Assembly (NCBI RefSeq): GCF_036365525.1
Contig: NC_090394.1
Location: forward strand, 37,359,243 to 37,423,242
Length of the DNA stretch: 64,000 nt
Source: Heterodontus francisci
Taxonomy: Eukaryota
Reading direction: 5' to 3'
Below the pieces are notes generated by a model. The model was not told the DNA's origin. It was given only the letters and a program-made list of their open reading frames with translations, and made no database searches. Shown here one piece after another: positions 12,620 through 24,576 of this stretch; the first letter of the stretch is position 1; each line of letters opens with the position of its first letter. The position numbers were made by a program, and so were the translations under genes.

Positions 12620-15600
12620 CAAGAGAGAGGGGAGGGGGGAGAGAGCGAGAGAGAGAGAGAGGAGGGAGGGGAGGGGGGGAGCGAGAGAGAGGGGAGGGGG
12701 GGAGCGAGAGAGAGGGGAGGGGGGGAGCGAGAGAGAGGGGAGGGGGGGAGCGAGAGAGAGGGGAGGGGGGGAGCGAGAGAGAGGGGAGGGGGGGAGCGAG
12801 AGAGAGGGGAGGGGGGGAGCGAGAGAGAGGGGAGGGGGGGAGCGAGAGAGAGGGGAGGGGGGGAGCGAGAGAGAGGGGAGGGGGGGAGCGAGAGAGAGGG
12901 GAGGGGGGGAGCGAGAGAGAGGGGAGGGGGGGAGCGAGAGAGAGGGGAGGGGGGGAGCGAGAGAGAGGGGAGGGGGGGAGCGAGAGAGAGGGGAGGGGGG
13001 GAGCGAGAGAGAGGGGAGGGGGGGAGCGAGAGAGAGGGGAGGGGGGGAGCGAGAGAGAGGGGAGGGGGGGAGCGAGAGAGAGGGGAGGGGGGGAGCGAGA
13101 GAGAGGGGAGGGGGGGAGCGAGAGAGAGGGGAGGGGGGGAGCGAGAGAGGGGGGAGGGGGGGAGCGAGAGAGGGGGGAGGGGGGGAGCGAGAGAGGGGGG
13201 AGGGGGGGAGCGAGAGAGGGGGGAGGGGGGGAGCGAGAGAGGGGGGAGGGGGGGAGCGAGAGAGGGGGGAGGGGGGGAGCGAGAGAGGGGGGAGGGGGGG
13301 AGCGAGAGAGGGGGGAGGGGGGGAGCGAGAGAGGGGGGAGGGGGGGAGCGAGAGAGGGGGGAGGGGGGGAGCGAGAGAGGGGGGAGGGGGGGAGCGAGAG
13401 AGGGGGGAGGGGGGGAGCGAGAGAGGGGGGAGGGGGGGAGCGAGAGAGGGGGGAGGGGGGGAGCGAGAGAGGGGGGAGGGGGGGAGCGAGAGAGGGGGGA
13501 GGGGGGGAGCGAGAGAGGGGGGAGGGGGGGAGCGAGAGAGGGGGGAGGGGGGGAGCGAGAGAGGGGGGAGGGGGGAGCGAGAGAGGGGGGAGGGGGGAGC
13601 GAGAGAGGGGGGAGGGGGGAGCGAGAGAGGGGGGAGGGGGGAGCGAGAGAGGGGGGAGGGGGGAGCGAGAGAGAGGGGAGGGGGGAGCGAGAGAGAGGGG
13701 AGGGGGGAGCGAGAGAGAGGGGAGGGGGGAGCGAGAGAGAGGGGAGGGGGGAGCGAGAGAGAGGGGAGGGGGGAGCGAGAGAGAGGGGAGGGGGGAGCGA
13801 GAGAGAGGGGAGGGGGGAGCGAGAGAGAGGGGAGGGGGGAGCGAGAGAGAGGGGAGGGGGGAGCGAGAGAGAGGGGAGGGGGGAGCGAGAGAGAGGGGAG
13901 GGGGGAGCGGGAGAGAGGGGAGGGGGGAGCGGGAGAGAGGGGAGGGGGGAGCGGGAGAGAGGGGAGGGGGGAGCGGGAGAGAGGGGAGGGGGGAGCGGGA
14001 GAGAGGGGAGGGGGGAGCGGGAGAGAGGGGAGGGGGGAGCGGGAGAGAGGGGAGGGGGGAGCGGGAGAGAGGGGAGGGGGGAGCGAGAGAGAGGGGAGGG
14101 GGGAGCGAGAGAGAGGGGAGGGGGGAGCGAGAGAGAGGGGAGGGGGGAGCGAGAGAGAGGGGAGGGGGGAGCGAGAGAGAGGGGAGGGGGGAGCGAGAGA
14201 GAGGGGAGGGGGGAGCGAGAGAGAGGGGAGGGGGGAGCGAGAGAGAGGGGAGGGGGGAGCGAGAGAGAGGGGAGGGGGGAGCGAGAGAGAGGGGAGGGGG
14301 GAGCGAGAGAGAGGGGAGGGGGGAGCGAGAGAGAGGGGAGGGGGGAGCGAGAGAGAGGGGAGGGGGGAGCGAGAGAGAGGGGAGGGGGGAGCGAGAGAGA
14401 GGGGAGGGGGGAGCGAGAGAGAGGGGAGGGGGGAGCGAGAGAGAGGGGAGGGGGGAGCGAGAGAGAGGGGAGGGGGGAGCGAGAGAGAGGGGAGGGGGGA
14501 GCGAGAGAGAGGGGAGGGGGGAGCGAGAGAGAGGGGAGGGGGGAGCGAGAGAGAGAGGGGAGGGGGGAGCGAGAGAGAGAGGGGAGGGGGGAGCGAGAGA
14601 GAGAGGGGAGGGGGGAGCGAGAGAGAGAGGGGAGGGGGGAGCGAGAGAGAGAGGGGAGGGGGGAGCGAGAGAGAGAGGGGAGGGGGGAGCGAGAGAGAGA
14701 GGGGAGGGGGGAGCGAGAGAGAGGGGGGAGGGGGGAGCGAGAGAGAGGGGGGAGGGGGGGAGCGAGAGAGAGAGGGAGGAGGAGGGGGAGCGAGAGAGAG
14801 AGGAGGGGGAGCGAAAGAGAGAGGAGGGGGAGCGAAAGAGAGAGGAGGGGGGAGCGAAAGAGAGGAAGGGGGAGCGAAAGAGAGGAGGGGGGAGCGAAAG
14901 AGAGGAGGGGGGAGCGAAAGAGAGGAGGGGGGAGCGAAAGAGAGGAGGGGGGAGCGAAAGAGAGGAGGGGGGAGCGAAAGAGAGGAGGGGGGAGCGAAAG
15001 AGAGGAGGGGGGAGCGAAAGAGAGGAGGGGGGAGCGAAAGAGAGGAGGGGGGAGCGAAAGAGAGGAGGGGGGAGCGAAAGAGAGGAGGGGGAGCGAAAGA
15101 GAGGAGGGGGAGCGAAAGAGAGGAGGGGGGAGCGAAAGAGAGGAGGGGGGAGCGAAAGAGAGGAGGGGGGAGCGAAAGAGAGGAGGGGGGAGCGAAAGAG
15201 AGGAGGGGGGAGCGAAAGAGAGGAGGGGGGAGCGAAAGAGAGGAGGGGGGAGCGAAAGAGAGGAGGGGGGAGCGAAAGAGAGGAGGGGGGAGCGAAAGAG
15301 AGGAGGGGGGAGCGAAAGAGAGGAGGGGGGAGCGAAAGAGAGGAGGGGGGAGCGAAAGAGAGGAGGGGGGAGCGAAAGAGAGGAGGGGGGAGCGAAAGAG
15401 AGGAGGGGGGAGCGAAAGAGAGGAGGGGGGAGCGAAAGAGAGGAGGGGGGAGCGAAAGAGAGGAGGGGGGAGCGAAAGAGAGGAGGGGGGAGCGAAAGAG
15501 AGGAGGGGGGAGCGAAAGAGAGGAGGGGGGAGCGAAAGAGAGGAGGGGGGAGCGAAAGAGAGGAGGGGGGAGCGAAAGAGAGGAGGGGGGAGCGAAAGAG

Positions 15601-16070
15601 AGGAGGGGGGAGCGAAAGAGAGGAGGGGGGAGCGAAAGAGAGGAGGGGGGAGCGAAAGAGAGGAGGGGGGAGCGAAAGAGAGGAGGGGGGAGCGAAAGAG
15701 AGGAGGGGGGAGCGAAAGAGAGGAGGGGGGAGCGAAAGAGAGGAGGGGGGAGCGAAAGAGAGGAGGGGGGAGCGAAAGAGAGGAGGAGGGAGCGAAAGAG
15801 AGGAGGAGGGAGCGAAAGAGAGGAGGAGGGAGCGAAAGAGAGGAGGAGGGAGCGAAAGAGAGGAGGAGGGAGCGAAAGAGAGGAGGAGGGAGCGAAAGAG
15901 AGGAGGAGGGAGCGAAAGAGAGGAGGGGGGAGCGAAAGAGAGGAGGAGGAGGGAGCGAGAGAGAGAGAAGGAGGAGGGGGAGCGAGAGAGAGAGGAGGAG
16001 GAGGGGGGAGCGAGAGAGAGAGGAGGAAGGGGGAGCGAGAGAGAGAGGAGTAGGGAGCGAGAGAGAGACC
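12620..16070 (+). repeat. Polypurine minisatellite: 22-24 bp unit GAGCGAGAGAGAGGGGAGGGGGG grading into a 20-bp unit AGCGAAAGAGAGGAGGGGGG
   Basis: Directly visible tandem units; almost no T on the + strand. Confidence 0.97.
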
Positions 16071-16149
16071 CACCGGAGGGGTGGGGAAGAGAGACAGACG
16101 GGGGTGGGGAGGGCGGGGAGAGACAGACACACACAGAGAGGGGGGAGGG

Positions 16150-17992
16150 AAGAGAGACACACACGGGGGGGGGGGGGGGGGAGACACACACACGGGGGTG
16201 GGGGGGGGGGGAGACACACACACGGGGGTGGGGGGGGGGGAGACACACACACGGGGGGGGGGGGGGGGGGAGACACACACACGGGGGGGGGGGGGGGGGG
16301 GGAGACACACACACGGGGGGGGGGAGACACACACACGGGGGGGGGGGGGGGGGGGAGACACACACACGGGGGTGGGGGGGGGGGGGGGGAGACACACACA
16401 CGGGGGGGGGGGAGACACACACACGGGGGGGGGGGGGAGACACACACACGGGGGGGGGAGGGAGACACACACACGGGGGGGGGAGGAGGGAGACACACAC
16501 ACGGGGGGGGAGGAGACACACACACGGGGGGGGGGGGGGGAGACACACACACGGGGGGGGGGGGAGACACACACACGGGGGGGGGGGGGAGACACACACA
16601 CGGGGGGGGGGGGGAGACACACACACGGGGGGGGGGGGAGACACACACACGGGGGGGGGGGAGACACACACACGGGGGGGGGAGACACACACACGGGGGG
16701 GGGAGACACACACACGGGGGGGGGAGACACACACACGGGGGGGGGAGACACACACACGGGGGGGGGAGACACACACACGGGGGGGGGAGACACACACACG
16801 GGGGGGGAGACACACACACGGGGGGGGAGACACACACACGGGGGGGGAGACACACACACGGGGGGGGAGACACACACACGGGGGGGGAGACACACACACG
16901 GGGGGGGGAGACACACACACGGGGGGGGGGAGACACACACACGGGGGGGGGGAGACACACACACGGGGGGGGAGACACACACACGGGGGGGGAGACACAC
17001 ACACGGGGGGGGAGACACACACACGGGGGGGGAGACACACACACGGGGGGGGAGACACACACACGGGGGGGGAGACACACACACGGGGGGGGAGACACAC
17101 ACACGGGGGGGGAGACACACACACGGGGGGGGGAGACACACACACGGGGGGGGAGACACACACACGGGGGGGGAGACACACACACGGGGGGGGAGACACA
17201 CACACGGGGGGGGAGACACACACACGGGGGGGGAGACACACACACGGGGGGGGAGACACACACACGGGGGGGGAGACACACACACGGGGGGGGAGACACA
17301 CACACGGGGGGGAGACACACACACGGGGGGGAGACACACACACGGGGGGGAGACACACACACGGGGGGGGAGACACACACACGGGGGGGGAGACACACAC
17401 ACGGGGGGGGAGACACACACACGGGGGGGGAGACACACACACGGGGGGGGAGACACACACACGGGGGGGGAGACACACACACGGGGGGGGAGACACACAC
17501 ACGGGGGGGGAGACACACACACGGGGGGGGAGACACACACACGCGGGGGGGGAGACACACACACGCGGGGGGGGGAGACACACACACGCGGGGGGGGGAG
17601 ACACACACACGCGGGGGGGGGAGACACACACACGCGGGGGGGGGAGACACACACACGCGGGGGGGGGAGACACACACACGCGGGGGGGGGAGACACACAC
17701 ACGCGGGGGGGGGAGACACACACACGCGGGGGGGGGAGACACACACACGCGGGGGGGGGAGACACACACACGCGGGGGGGGGAGACACACACACGCGGGG
17801 GGGGGAGACACACACACGCGGGGGGGGGAGACACACACACGCGGGGGGGGGAGACACACACACGCGGGGGGGGGAGACACACACACGCGGGGGGGGGAGA
17901 CACACACACGCGGGGGGGGGAGACACACACACGCGGGGGGGGGAGACACACACACGCGGGGGGGGGAGACACACACACGCGGGGGGGGGAGA
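16150..17992 (+). repeat. Minisatellite GAGACACACACAC(GC)G(n), about 19-25 bp units
   Basis: Directly visible tandem units with variable G-runs. Confidence 0.97.
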
Positions 17993-18005
17993 NNNNNNNN
18001 NNNNN
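17993..18005. other. Assembly gap (13 N)
   Basis: 13 consecutive N. Confidence 1.
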
Positions 18006-21000
18006 TGGGGGGGGAGCGAGGAGAGAGGGGAGGGAGGGGAGCGAGAGAGAGGGGAGGGGGGAGGAGGAGAGAGGGGAGGGGGGGAGCGAGAGAGAGGGGA
18101 GGGGGGAGCGAGAGAGAGGGGAGGGGGAGCGAGAGAGAGAGGGGAGGGGGGAGCGAGAGAGAGGGGAGGGGGGAGCGAGAGAGAGAGGGGAGGGGGGAGC
18201 GAGAGAGAGAGGGGAGGGGGGAGCGAGAGAGAGGGGAGGGGGGAGCGAGAGAGAGGGGAGGGGGGAGCGAGAGAGAGAGGGGAGGGGGGAGCGAGAGAGA
18301 GAGGGGAGGGGGGAGCGAGAGAGAGAGGGGAGGAGGGGGGGGAGCGAGAGAGAGAGGGGAGGGGGGAGCGAGAGAGAGAGGGGAGGGGGGAGCGAGAGAG
18401 AGAGGGGAGGGGGGAGCGAGAGAGAGAGGGGAGGGGGAGCGAGAGAGAGGGAGGGGGAGCGAGAGAGAGGGAGGGGGGAGCGAAGAGAGAGGAGGGGGGA
18501 GCGAAAGAGAGAGGAGGGGGGAGCGAAAGAGAGGAGGGGGGAGCGAAAGAGAGGAGGGGGGAGCGAAAGAGAGGAGGGGGGAGCGAAAGAGAGGAGGGGG
18601 GAGCGAAAGAGAGGAGGGGGGAGCGAAAGAGAGGAGGGGGAGCGAAAGAGAGGAGGGGGGAGCGAAAGAGAGGAGGGGGGAGCGAAAGAGAGGAGGGGGG
18701 AGCGAAAGAGAGGAGGGGGGAGCGAAAGAGAGGAGGGGGGAGCGAAAGAGAGGAGGGGGGAGCGAAAGAGAGGAGGGGGGAGCGAAAGAGAGGAGGGGGG
18801 AGCGAAAGAGAGGAGGGGGGAGCGAAAGAGAGGAGGGGGGAGCGAAAGAGAGGAGGGGGGAGCGAAAGAGAGGAGGGGGGAGCGAAAGAGAGGAGGGGGG
18901 AGCGAAAGAGAGGAGGGGGGAGCGAAAGAGAGGAGGGGGGAGCGAAAGAGAGGAGGGGGGAGCGAAAGAGAGGAGGGGGGAGCGAAAGAGAGGAGGGGGG
19001 AGCGAAAGAGAGGAGGGGGGAGCGAAAGAGAGGAGGGGGGAGCGAAAGAGAGGAGGGGGGAGCGAAAGAGAGGAGGGGGGAGCGAAAAGAGAGGAGGGGG
19101 GGGAGCGAAAGAGAGGAGGGGGGAGCGAAAGAGAGGAGGGGGGAGCGAAAGAGAGGAGGGGGGAGCGAAAGAGAGGAGGGGGGAGCGAAAGAGAGGAGGG
19201 GGGAGCGAAAGAGAGGAGGGGGGAGCGAAAGAGAGGAGGGGGGGAGAGAGGAGCGAAAGAGAGGAGGGGGGAGCGAAAGAGAGGAGGGGGGAGCGAAAGA
19301 GAGGAGGGGGGAGCGAAAGAGAGGAGGGGGGAGCGAAAGAGAGGAGGGGGGAGCGAAAGAGAGGAGGGGGGAGCGAAAGAGAGGAGGGGGGAGCGAAAGA
19401 GAGGAGGGGGGAGCGAAAGAGAGGAGGGGGAGCGAAAGAGAGGAGGAGGGAGCGAAAGAGAGGAGGAGGGAGCGAAAGAGAGGAGGAGGGAGCGAAAGAG
19501 AGGAGGAGGGAGCGAAAGAGAGGAGGAGGGAGCGAAAGAGAGGAGGAGGGAGCGAAAGAGAGGAGGGGGGAGCGAAAGAGAGGAGGAGGAGGGAGCGAGA
19601 GAGAGAGAAGGAGGAGGGGGAGCGAGAGAGAGAGGAGGAGGAGGGGGGAGCGAGAGAGAGAGGAGGAAGGGGGAGCGAGAGAGAGAGGAGTAGGGAGCGA
19701 GAGAGAGACCCACCGGAGGGGTGGGGAAGAGAGACAGACGGGGGTGGGGAGGGCGGGGAGAGACAGACACACACAGAGAGGGGGGAGGGAAGAGAGACAC
19801 ACACGGGGGGGGGGGGGGGGGAGACACACACACGGGGGTGGGGGGGGGGGGAGACACACACACGGGGGTGGGGGGGGGGGAGACACACACACGGGGGGGG
19901 GGGGGGGGGAGACACACACACGGGGGGGGGGGGGGGGGGGGAGACACACACACGGGGGGGGGGAGACACACACACGGGGGGGGGGGGGGGGGGGGAGACA
20001 CACACACGGGGGTGGGGGGGGGGGGGGGAGACACACACACGGGGGGGGGGGGAGACACACACACGGGGGGGGGGGGGAGACACACACACGGGGGGGGGGA
20101 GGGAGACACACACACGGGGGGGGGAGGAGGGAGACACACACACGGGGGGGGAGGAGACACACACACGGGGGGGGGGGGGGGGAGACACACACACGGGGGG
20201 GGGGGGAGACACACACACGGGGGGGGGGGGGAGACACACACACGGGGGGGGGGGGGAGACACACACACGGGGGGGGGGGGAGACACACACACGGGGGGGG
20301 GGGGGAGACACACACACGGGGGGGGGAGACACACACACGGGGGGGGGAGACACACACACGGGGGGGGGAGACACACACACGGGGGGGGGAGACACACACA
20401 CGGGGGGGGGAGACACACACACGGGGGGGGAGACACACACACGGGGGGGAGACACACACACGGGGGGGGAGACACACACACGGGGGGGGAGACACACACA
20501 CGGGGGGGGAGACACACACACGGGGGGGGAGACACACACACGGGGGGGGGAGACACACACACGGGGGGGGGGAGACACACACACGGGGGGGGGGGGAGAC
20601 ACACACACGGGGGGGGAGACACACACACGGGGGGGGAGACACACACACGGGGGGGGAGACACACACACGGGGGGGGAGACACACACACGGGGGGGGAGAC
20701 ACACACACGGGGGGGGGAGACACACACACGGGGGGGGAGACACACACACGGGGGGGGAGACACACACACGGGGGGGGAGACACACACACGGGGGGGGAGA
20801 CACACACACGGGGGGGGAGACACACACACGGGGGGGGAGAGACACACACACGGGGGGGGAGACACACACACGGGGGGGGAGACACACACACGGGGGGGGG
20901 AGACACACACACGGGGGGGGGAGACACACACACGGGGGGGGAGACACACACACGGGGGGGAGACACACACACGGGGGGGGAGACACACACACGGGGGGGA

Positions 21001-23340
21001 GACACACACACGGGGGGGAGACACACACACGGGGGGGAGACACACACACGGGGGGGGAGACACACACACGGGGGGGGAGACACACACACGGGGGGGAGAC
21101 ACACACACGGGGGGGGAGACACACACACGGGGGGGGAGACACACACACGGGGGGGGAGACACACACACGGGGGGGGAGACACACACACGGGGGGGGAGAC
21201 ACACACACGCGGGGGGGAGACACACACACGCGGGGGGGGAGACACACACACGCGGGGGGGGGAGACACACACACGCGGGGGGGGGAGACACACACACGCG
21301 GGGGGGGGAGACACACACACGCGGGGGGGGGAGACACACACACGCGGGGGGGGGAGACACACACACGCGGGGGGGGGAGACACACACACGCGGGGGGGGG
21401 AGACACACACACGCGGGGGGGGGAGACACACACACGCGGGGGGGGGAGACACACACACGCGGGGGGGGGAGACACACACACGCGGGGGGGGGAGACACAC
21501 ACACGCGGGGGGGGGAGACACACACACGCGGGGGGGGGAGACACACACACGCGGGGGGGGGAGACACACACACGCGGGGGGGGGAGACACACACACGCGG
21601 GGGGGGGAGACACACACACGCGGGGGGGGGAGACACACACACGCGGGGGGGGGAGACACACACACGCGGGGGGGGGAGACACACACACGCGGGGGGGGGA
21701 GACACACACACGCGGGGGGGGGAGACACACACACGCGGGGGGGGGAGACACACACACGCGGGGGGGGGAGACACACACACGCGGGGGGGGGAGACACACA
21801 CACGCGGGGGAGGGGGGAGACACACACGCGGGGGGGGGAGAGACACACACGCGGGGGGGGGAGAGACACACACACGCGGGGGGGGAGAGACACACACACG
21901 CGGGGGGTGGAGACACACACACGCGGGGGGTGGAGACACACACACGCCGGGGGGGGGGGAGACACACACACGCCGGGGTGGGGGGGGAGACACACACACG
22001 CGGGGTGGGGGGGGAGACACACACACGGGGGGGGGGGAGAGACACACACACGGGGGTGGGGGGGGGAGACACACACACGCGGGGGGGGGAGACACACACA
22101 CGCGGGGGGGGGAGACACACACACGCGGGGGGGGGAGACACACACACGCGGGGGGGGGAGACACACACACGCGGGGGGGGGGAGACACACACACGCGGGG
22201 GAGGGGGGAGACACACACGCGGGGGGGGGAGAGACACACACACGCGGGGGGGGGAGAGACACACACACGCGGGGGGGGAGAGACACACACACGCGGGGGG
22301 TGGAGAGACACACACACGCGGGGGGTGGAGACACACACACGCCGGGGGGTGGAGACACACACACGCCGGGGTGGGGGGGGAGACACACACACGCCGGGGT
22401 GGGGGGGGAGACACACACACGCGGGGGGGGGGGAGAGACACACACACGGGGGTGGGGGGGGGAGACACACAAGGGGGTGGGGGGGGGAGACACACAAGGG
22501 GGTGGGGGGGAGACACACAAGGGGGTGGGGGGGAGACACACAAGGGGGTGGGGGGGGAGACACACAAGGGGGTGGGGGGGAGACACACAAGGGGGTGGGG
22601 GGGGAGACACAAGGGGGTGGGGGGGGGGGGAGACACAAGGGGGTGGGGGGGGAGACACAAGGGGGTGGGGGGGGAGACACAAGGGGGTGGGGGGGGAGAC
22701 ACAAGGGGGTGGGGGGGGGACACAAGGGGGTGGGGGGGGGACACAAGGGGGTGGGGGGGGGACACAAGGGGGTGGGGGGGGGACACAAGGGGGTGGGGGG
22801 GGGACACAAGGGGGTGGGGGGGGGGACACAAGGGGGTGGGGGGGGACACAAGGGGTGGGGGGGGGACACAAGGGGGTGGGGGGGGGGGAGACACAAGGGG
22901 GTGGGGGGGGGGAGACACAAGGGGGTGGGGGGGGGGAGACACAAGGGGGTGGGGGGGGGAGACACACACACGGGGGGGGGACACACACACACGGGGGGGG
23001 AGACACACTCACCGGGGGGGGGGAGACACACACACACGGGGGGGGGGGGGGGGGGGGAGAGCCACACACAGAAAGGGGGGTGGGGGTGGGAGCCACACAC
23101 AGAAAGGGGGGTGGGGGTGGGAGCCACACACAGAAGGGGGGGGGGGGGGATGCGTGCAAGACCCGGGAGGGAGGGGGGAGGCGTGCGAGACCCGGGAGGG
23201 AGGGGGGGAAGGTGCAAGACCCAGGAGGGAGGGGGGAGTATTAGACCCCAGGGGTGGGGGGGTAAGAGCAGAGAGAAAGAGAGATGGACACAAAGAGGAG
23301 AGAGAGGGAGGCACAGAGAGGGGTGAGAGGGAGAGAGAAA
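18006..23340 (+). repeat. Second pass of the same array series (GA-rich 22-24-mer, 20-mer, GAGACACACACAC-Gn), ending in GACACAAGGGGGTGGGGGG units
   Basis: The spacer gacccaccggaggggtggggaagagagacagacg occurs at both about 16067 and about 19707, a 3640-bp offset. Confidence 0.95.
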
Positions 23341-23341
23341 G

Positions 23342-23461
23342 AGATCAAGATCACTTCAGACAGATGGACAACTATCCGGAATGCACTGCATTACTATATC
23401 AAATGTGCAGGCAGACATTAACTACTTGTGCAAGCAAAAACAATGCCAGGTACGTCACTAA
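23342..23461 (+). pseudogene. hAT (Buster/Charlie, GTF2IRD2-like) transposase C-terminal relic
   Basis: Translates RSRSLQTDGQLSGMHCITISNVQADINYLCKQKQCQVRH*, resembling the RSxLTDxHL...DIxxL..KQCQVSH* ending of this family. Confidence 0.75.
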
Positions 23462-23484
23462 ATCAGTGTTCAACATAGTGACAA

Positions 23485-23826
23485 GGGGCGGCACAGTGGC
23501 GCAGTGTTTAGCACTGTAGCCTCACAGCTCCTGCGACCCGGGTTCGATTCTGGGTACTTCCTGTATGGAGTTTGCAAGTTCTCCCTGTGACCGCGTGGGT
23601 TTCCGCCGGGTGCTCCGGTTTCCTCCCACAGCCAAAGACTTGCAGGTCGATAGGTAAATTGGCCATTGTAAATTGCCCCTAGTGTAGGTAGGTGGTAGGA
23701 GAATTGTGGGGATGTGGTAGGGAATATGGGATTAATGTAGGATTAGTATAAATGGGTGGTTGATAGTCGGCACAGACTCGGTGGGCCAAGGGTCTGTTTC
23801 AGTGTTGTATATCTCTATGACTCTAT
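23485..23826 (+). mobile_element. Full-length HE1-like tRNA SINE inserted in the hAT element
   Basis: A box TGGCGCAGTG, B box GGTTCGATTC, V-domain and ATGACTCT tail. Absent from the homologous hAT copy near 40000. Confidence 0.92.
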
Positions 23827-24260
23827 AAAGTAAGTTAATAAATTAGTCTTGTTATTAAAATGCACATTTTTGTTTTGATTGATAGTAAGATAGATTTTTA
23901 CCTTTCCGAAATTTGTTCACCGCCCCCCTGTTTAGGCCAAAAATTGTAATGTGGCCCCTTCATGCAAAAAGTTGGACACCCCTGCTATAAACACTTAATT
24001 GCCAGTTTCCACACTTAGTGCATGGATACAGGCTGTGCAGGCATCCTGGTTGGGGCACAGAGCAGTGTATGGGCAATATGAGGATGGAGGCAGAGTCAGC
24101 AAAGTGCAGGTGATAAGGGGACGAGGAGAGATTTGTGGATATTAGGGTGATGGGGAAACAAACAGATAGGGATGCTGGCATGGAATATGATGAGGAGGGC
24201 GCACAGGAGTCAGCAATACGGGCAGGAGAGGTGGGTGAGAGCGGGAGAGGGCCTCTGATT

Positions 24261-24576
24261 TAAAGGCCTGCTACCCGACCCGAACCTGACGTGTCAGGTT
24301 CGGTTCGGGTCGAGTCGGGTTGCCCTTCCGGGTCCGGCATTCGGGGTCGGGTCGGACACGCTCTATCACAGGTAAGTGGCTCCACTGTTAATTTAATTTT
24401 TTGACTAGAAAGGTGGTTTTGTTAATTATTTTAAGCTTGTGCAGATCAGCAACAAAGTGAAAAACAGAAGGTAAGTTAACTGATGGTTGGGTCAGGCGCG
24501 GGGGAAAAAAATGGAAGGACTTGGGCCGAGTCGGACTCGGGTCAGGTTTTTTTTTGCAGACCCGAGCAGGCCTTTA
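24261..24576. mobile_element. hAT (Ac-type) MITE
   Basis: Perfect 12-bp TIR TAAAGGCCTGCT/AGCAGGCCTTTA, 8-bp TSD ctctgatt/ctctgact (7/8) and subterminal ACCCGA/TCGGGT repeats. Confidence 0.85.

Larger units (their letters stand above)
12228..23984 (+). mobile_element. Non-autonomous hAT (Buster/Charlie-type) DNA transposon containing a giant internal tandem array
   Basis: Perfect 8-bp TSD CTATAAAC at 12220-12227 and 23985-23992, of the nnnTAnnn type. Imperfect TIRs CATGGTTGTCCAG and TTGGACACCCCTG (10/13 match). Transposase C-terminal relic at 23342-23461. Confidence 0.85.

Noticed and set aside
16150-22450. Regular repeat with variable intervening length, superficially like CRISPR
   Set aside because: The spacers are only G homopolymers, the context is eukaryotic and there are no cas genes.
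12331-23519. Giant ORFs (1,200-3,600 aa; Pro/Ser-rich or Gly/Arg/Glu-rich) in all six frames
   Set aside because: The + strand has almost no T, so stop codons can rarely form on either strand. The ORFs cross an N gap and lie within a transposon-borne tandem array.
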